Assembly: GCF_002087085.1 (NCBI RefSeq)
Contig: NZ_MWQY01000015.1
Location: 1-64,000, forward strand
Reading direction: 5' to 3'
Length of the DNA stretch: 64,000 nt
The notes below the pieces were generated by a model, which did no database searches, was not told the DNA's origin, and saw only the letters and a list, made by a program, of their open reading frames with translations. This document shows positions 59,383 through 64,000 of this stretch, one piece after another. The translations under genes and the position numbers were made by a program. The first letter of the stretch is position 1. Every line of letters starts with the position of its first letter.

Positions 59383-59883
59383 ATGAATAAACTATTTAGC
59401 TGGCTCGATAAGGCTGAGAAAGTGGTCTGTGGAACCGGATTCGTATTCCTCATTGCCTTCGTATTCCTGTCCGCCTTCCTCAGGTTTTTCAGGGTCTCGA
59501 TGTCCTGGAATATCGATCTGGCAATGCTTCTGCTGGCCTGGACCGCTTTTCTCGGGGCTGATGTTGCCTGGAGAAGCGGTCAGATTATCGGTGTGGACAT
59601 TCTTACCCGGACTTTTCCGGAAAAACTGCAGCGGCTTATTGAACTTGTCGTTTATCTTATTATTCTGACAGCCCTTGGATTCATGTTTGTATACAGCCTC
59701 AGACTAGCCTGGACGGAACGTATCGCCAGGTATCAGTCCATGCCGATTCCCTATTCCCTGGTAATACTCAGTCTGGCGGTGGCCTCCCTGTCCATGATCT
59801 TTTCTACACTGCAGAAAATACGGAGGGTCTCTCTTCAGCTGTTCGGAAAAGATTCTTCTCCGGACCGGAGGAGTCCCGAATGA
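59383..59883 (+). CDS. dctQ: TRAP transporter small permease
   Basis: 4 TM, W..DLA.LL.AW..FLGA, IGVD. Confidence 0.9.
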   Translation: MNKLFSWLDKAEKVVCGTGFVFLIAFVFLSAFLRFFRVSMSWNIDLAMLLLAWTAFLGADVAWRSGQIIGVDILTRTFPEKLQRLIELVVYLIILTALGFMFVYSLRLAWTERIARYQSMPIPYSLVILSLAVASLSMIFSTLQKIRRVSLQLFGKDSSPDRRSPE

Positions 59884-61166
59884 ACCTGGTGTTAATCTGC
59901 TTCGTTATTTTTCTTCTCATGGGGATGCCCATTGCCTTTGTGATCGGTATCGCGGCGTTTACCTTTTTTATTACCCGGCCGATGCTGCCCTTCGAGGGTG
60001 CGGTCCAGATGGTTATTCTGCAGAGTCAGTCCTTCGCGTTTCTGGCGGTTCCTTTTTTCATTTTCGCTGGCAACCTGATGAATGTTTCCGGAATCACCAG
60101 CCGCTTGCTCGGACTGGCGCGCCTTTTGACCCGTCGCATGTACGGAGGTACCGCCCAGATCAGTGTTGTTATGAGTACCCTTATGGGAGGAGTCTCCGGT
60201 TCCGCTACTGCAGATGCCGCAATGGAAACCCGGATACTCGGTCCCGAAATGATGCGGATCGGCTATAAGAAAGGCTACATCTGTTCCGTGAACTGTGTTT
60301 CCGCCCTTATAACAGCGACGATTCCTCCAAGTCTGGGTCTGATCATTTTCGGGTTTGTGGGTGAAGTCTCCATCGGACGTCTTTTTGCAGGGGGGATCAT
60401 TCCCGGTTTTCTGATGATGTTGTTTCTTATGATAACCACCTCCCTGACCAGCCGGTTCAAAAAGTATGATCCGCCCCAGGCTGATGCACCCCGGCTGACC
60501 TTCCGGGAGATAGGAGAAAACCTGAAGGAGTCTGTCTGGGCCCTCATGTTCCCGGTAATCCTTATAGTGGGAATACGCTTCGGTCTGTTCACCCCCTCGG
60601 AATCCGGTGCCTTTGCTGTTGTATATGCGGTCATTATCGGAAAATTCGTCTACAGGGAGCTGACCTGGGAGAATTTCAAGGACGCCCTGGTGACCAGCTT
60701 CAAGGATAACGGCGCCATCATGCTGATCATCGCAATGTCGGGACCCTTCAGTTATGCCATTACATGGGTGAAGCTTCCGGTAATCCTGAGCAACTTCATC
60801 TTCGGTATCAGCAGCAATCCCCAGGTACTCGTTCTGATAATGCTGGGCTTTCTCTTCGTTACCGGTATGATTGTGGACAGCAATGTCAACTTCATACTGC
60901 TTACCCCGATTTTTCTGCCCATGGTGCAGAGCCTCGGTTTTGATCCCATTCATTTTGGTGTATTGATGGCCACCGTGGTGACCCTGGGCGTAATGACACC
61001 GCCGATAGGGGCAGCCCTGTACACGGTCTGCGGCATCATTGACTGCCCGCCCGAAGAGTATACCAGGGAATCCATTCCCTTCATGGCGGCTGTTCTGCTT
61101 GAGCTGGCGGTGCTGGTGTTTATCCCGGAAGCCGTTACCTTTATTCCAAATCTGATTTTCGGATAG
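59880..61166 (+). CDS. dctM: TRAP transporter large permease
   Basis: SFAFLAVPFFIFAGNLMN, GVSGSA.ADA, IPPS, FTPSE, DPIHFG, TPPIG. Confidence 0.95.
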   Translation: MNLVLICFVIFLLMGMPIAFVIGIAAFTFFITRPMLPFEGAVQMVILQSQSFAFLAVPFFIFAGNLMNVSGITSRLLGLARLLTRRMYGGTAQISVVMSTLMGGVSGSATADAAMETRILGPEMMRIGYKKGYICSVNCVSALITATIPPSLGLIIFGFVGEVSIGRLFAGGIIPGFLMMLFLMITTSLTSRFKKYDPPQADAPRLTFREIGENLKESVWALMFPVILIVGIRFGLFTPSESGAFAVVYAVIIGKFVYRELTWENFKDALVTSFKDNGAIMLIIAMSGPFSYAITWVKLPVILSNFIFGISSNPQVLVLIMLGFLFVTGMIVDSNVNFILLTPIFLPMVQSLGFDPIHFGVLMATVVTLGVMTPPIGAALYTVCGIIDCPPEEYTRESIPFMAAVLLELAVLVFIPEAVTFIPNLIFG

Positions 61167-61175
61167 TCCGCACTT

Positions 61176-61204
61176 CGTCAGTCACGGGTTTCCCGTGGCT
61201 GACG
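61176..61204. terminator. Hairpin between convergent dctM and the regulator
   Basis: cgtcagtcacggg-ttt-cccgtggctgacg (13 bp, one U-G pair). Confidence 0.65.
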
Positions 61205-61205
61205 G

Positions 61206-63134
61206 CTATTCTGTTCTCGCCAGGGGGTGGTCGGATCGTACCCTGTAATCCCTGGCCCGTATCCCTACGATTCTTTTGAAGAGTCTGCTGAAATAATTGG
61301 AATTGTTAAAACCCGTTTTATCCGCTATCTGGGTGATTGTCATATCCGTGGTCAGCAGCATCTCCTTTGCCCGCTCTATTCTCAGCATGGTCAGGTAGTC
61401 GACAAAGGTGTACCCTGTCTCCTGTTTGAAGAGGGAGAGAAAATACGAGGGGCTGATGAACACCTCATTGGCGACATCCTTGTAGCTGAGCTGGGAGTGA
61501 TAGTTTTCTTCCATACAGCGGATTGCCTTTTTTATAAGGGTTTTGGAGCGGCTTTCATATACCTTGGCAACCGTATCAGCTATTTCCACTACTACGCTGG
61601 ACATCCACTTTTCAACGGTTTCCATGTCTGTGATATGGTTGATGTCACTGAAAAACTCTTCCATTCGTTCATTCAGTCTCCTTTCGTCTCCTCCTCCGAG
61701 TATGGCGGAATCGATAATGGAACCTATGAACTCATACAGGCGCACCTTCAGGGCCTCAGGCTTTTCGGCGATGAAGGCTTTGAATTTCTCGATAAAAGCA
61801 GAAAAGGCCTTCCTGCTGTTATTCGTATCCCCCACTTTTATCAGGGACAGAAGTTTTTCCTTCTCCTTTACCGGGTAGGTGTTGGTGTGGTGGTCCAGCT
61901 CATTTATATTGTCCACATGTATAATATTTGAGTTTTCCAGATGCTCGGCGTATTCCTGGGCATTCAGGGCCTCGTGATAGGAAATCCGCAGGTCCTCGAT
62001 GTTTTCATAGGTTCTGCCGATGCCAACGGCAAGGCTGCACCTCTGGGTGCTGCAGATCTCGCTTTGAATTCCCTCCAGTATTTCCATGAAGGAGATACGG
62101 TTTTCCGAACCGGTATCACTATTCAGCTTGAGGGCTATTCCAATCCGGTAGTTGGAAAGGGGGAGAAGTATATAGCACTCTTCCTCATAATAACTCTGAA
62201 GAATTTGATCTGTGGTATGCAGGACCTCATCTATCATTTTCAAATCATGGAGGACTTTCGATTTCCCGTCCTTTATTTTTACAACCACAAAGGTATTCAG
62301 GTCGCTGTTTTTTCCCAGGCAGTCGAGCATCTCTGTCAGCTTGGTTTTTGAGAAGCCGCTGAAGGCAACATTATGGATGATATCCTCCTTGATAAAAGGA
62401 ATCAGTTTTTCATAGTAGTGGTATACCTCCTTGACATCTATCAATACGCTTACACCAAAAAGCAGGGCGCTGATTATGGATACCACGTAGTAGATTCCCC
62501 ACTGTTTGGCCAGGGAACCAATGATGAAGGAGAGGGCAAAGATAAAAACCCCGCTGTTAAAGAGAAATATCTTGTTCGTCAGAAGCTCATTCAGGGATGT
62601 ATCGAGCTTGAGTTTGATGAGTTTGATTAAAGAAAACAGCGCAAGCAGCAGTCCGGTCACAACCTGAACGACGATAGTTACCTCCCTTCCGTAAAAGGGG
62701 GCCTGCATGTTGGGGGTAAGGTTGTCCTGGGCGATGATTCCGGCAAACTGAAAAAGAACGCGGCTTTCCCGGGTACCCAGGGTATTGAAAACGACGTAAA
62801 CAAGACCCAGAAGGGCACAGAAGCTGATAATTACTGCCTGAAACCTCTTTCTTCTTTTTCTGTTGAAAAGATCGGAGGCCAGTATTATCACGGGGGAAAT
62901 AACACCGCAGAGAATTATCATACGGATGTTCACGATTATAAGGGGTATGGGATGCGGGCCAAGAATCAGTTGCAGGGGGCGCCCCAGGGCGAAAAGACTG
63001 ATTCCGATGAGAAAAATTACAAAGTATTTATAGGATGTCGCTTTTGAAGGATTGGCGATGCTGAAATAGATAAAGTACAGGAGAAAAAAGAGCCCTGCTA
63101 TTAACGGAGCGATGATATTGGAGAACAAAGACAT
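61206..63134 (-). CDS. Membrane-anchored AraC family regulator (about 7 TM, degenerate GGDEF-like linker, AraC HTH)
   Basis: Hydrophobic N-terminal ~230 aa, VGIGR...DL..SY.EA..A, ISPSYFLSLFKQETG.TF..YL...RI..AK.ML, GF.N.NYFSRLFK. Confidence 0.88.
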   Translation of the reverse strand: MSLFSNIIAPLIAGLFFLLYFIYFSIANPSKATSYKYFVIFLIGISLFALGRPLQLILGPHPIPLIIVNIRMIILCGVISPVIILASDLFNRKRRKRFQAVIISFCALLGLVYVVFNTLGTRESRVLFQFAGIIAQDNLTPNMQAPFYGREVTIVVQVVTGLLLALFSLIKLIKLKLDTSLNELLTNKIFLFNSGVFIFALSFIIGSLAKQWGIYYVVSIISALLFGVSVLIDVKEVYHYYEKLIPFIKEDIIHNVAFSGFSKTKLTEMLDCLGKNSDLNTFVVVKIKDGKSKVLHDLKMIDEVLHTTDQILQSYYEEECYILLPLSNYRIGIALKLNSDTGSENRISFMEILEGIQSEICSTQRCSLAVGIGRTYENIEDLRISYHEALNAQEYAEHLENSNIIHVDNINELDHHTNTYPVKEKEKLLSLIKVGDTNNSRKAFSAFIEKFKAFIAEKPEALKVRLYEFIGSIIDSAILGGGDERRLNERMEEFFSDINHITDMETVEKWMSSVVVEIADTVAKVYESRSKTLIKKAIRCMEENYHSQLSYKDVANEVFISPSYFLSLFKQETGYTFVDYLTMLRIERAKEMLLTTDMTITQIADKTGFNNSNYFSRLFKRIVGIRARDYRVRSDHPLARTE

Positions 63135-63238
63135 GTCTGTTGCCCTTCTCGATTCGGATAAGGGTACCTCTGTTTTCTGGGGTGCCCATAAGCAGATAAA
63201 TGGTAGGAGATAAAGTTTGAGACGTCAAGAATAAAAAA

Positions 63239-64000
63239 TCATCCCGAACCTGACCGCCTGACCAGGCCCTTGACCCCGAAGGGCAGCCACATGGTCAGAA
63301 ACAGCGCCAGTCCAAGAATTTCAAGCCCCAGGGCGTACCAGGGAGCAGGGCCGAAGATTCCGGCAAGGATATCTACAATGGAGCCTGTGGGCGGCGGAAA
63401 ACCGATCACAAAGTAGTTTCCCCGTTGAAAAGGGGGAATATGCTCCAGGGCAAGGTTAATCCACCAGGCAAAGAACACGACAATATTACTGATCAGGATT
63501 ACACGGAAAACCGACATCAGCGTCGGTCTGAACCCCCTCCCCGCCACAAGGTACAATCCGCAGGCAATTATGAGCCCATGGGAGATAAAGAATGAGAAGT
63601 ACTTGTATTCCGGAAAACCCCGATACCCGATATCCGGGGCCAGAAGGGCCTGGAGGGCTCCGCCGATCCCCCAGAAGAAGATGAGCTCAAAGAGGACTTG
63701 CCGCAGTTTCCCGGCTGGCAGGGCAAAAACGAAGCAGAGAATCAGTATTGATAGACCACACATCTGTACCATCAGGGCCCAGGCGGCGTGCCACCCGCCG
63801 GTAAAATACCAGTAGAACTGATAGATTATCTCGTTCAGCCAGAGACTCGCCACAAGAAGAAATTCGATTATATGTCGTTTCTCTTCGGTACTCCTGCGGG
63901 CGGCGGTGACCACCAGTATCCATAAAAGTACCAGTCCCGCCAGCCCGGCGTAATGCTGGGCGGAAAAGTGACGGAATTCACCGCTCAGGCGGCCGGTCCC
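63239..64000 (-). CDS. YwaF/TIGR02206-like integral membrane protein, 5' end beyond the window
   Basis: Frame is open to base 64000 (..EFRHFSAQH..). FFWGI.GALQALL.PD, FF.SH, NYF...PP..S..D...GP.PWY. Confidence 0.82.
   Translation of the reverse strand, partial: GTGRLSGEFRHFSAQHYAGLAGLVLLWILVVTAARRSTEEKRHIIEFLLVASLWLNEIIYQFYWYFTGGWHAAWALMVQMCGLSILILCFVFALPAGKLRQVLFELIFFWGIGGALQALLAPDIGYRGFPEYKYFSFFISHGLIIACGLYLVAGRGFRPTLMSVFRVILISNIVVFFAWWINLALEHIPPFQRGNYFVIGFPPPTGSIVDILAGIFGPAPWYALGLEILGLALFLTMWLPFGVKGLVRRSGSG

Noticed and set aside
1..64000. CRISPR arrays, IS/transposases, integrases, prophage, rRNA
   Set aside because: No regularly spaced repeats and no ORFs or sequences with the corresponding signatures were seen by eye.

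Overview
Gene-dense bacterial chromosomal window with about 50 CDS. It is probably from a free-living, saccharolytic anaerobic spirochaete; this is inferred from the '...AGGQxE' N-termini of the solute-binding proteins, the MCP style and the gene mix, and is not proven. I see no rRNA, complete tRNA, CRISPR array, transposase or phage genes. Left to right the window holds: a tRNA-3'-end-bounded palindromic element; an enolase-superfamily gene divergent from moeB-like/moaD-like genes and a FadR-controlled aldehyde:ferredoxin oxidoreductase-regulator-Fe-ADH operon; two convergent arabinose modules (AT-rich ABC uptake plus GH51 plus ArsR-like regulator, and LacI-araDAB); central metabolism (fumC, acnA, zwf, pyk); an MCP, a ClC, an amino-acid ABC system and putP; a fused CoA-dehydratase activase, a GGDEF protein and an EFR1 ferredoxin; a TRAP-UroD-like cluster with AraC, an epimerase and a GalB-like hydratase; leuA; a second TRAP system; and a membrane-anchored AraC regulator. 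The strongest signals outside the ORF track are an unannotated ~110-nt structured RNA with its own promoter upstream of zwf, a complete Leu-rich leader-peptide attenuator upstream of leuA, the tRNA-linked element, several apparently leaderless genes, and several operator candidates. All protein calls come from motif recognition, not database searches.
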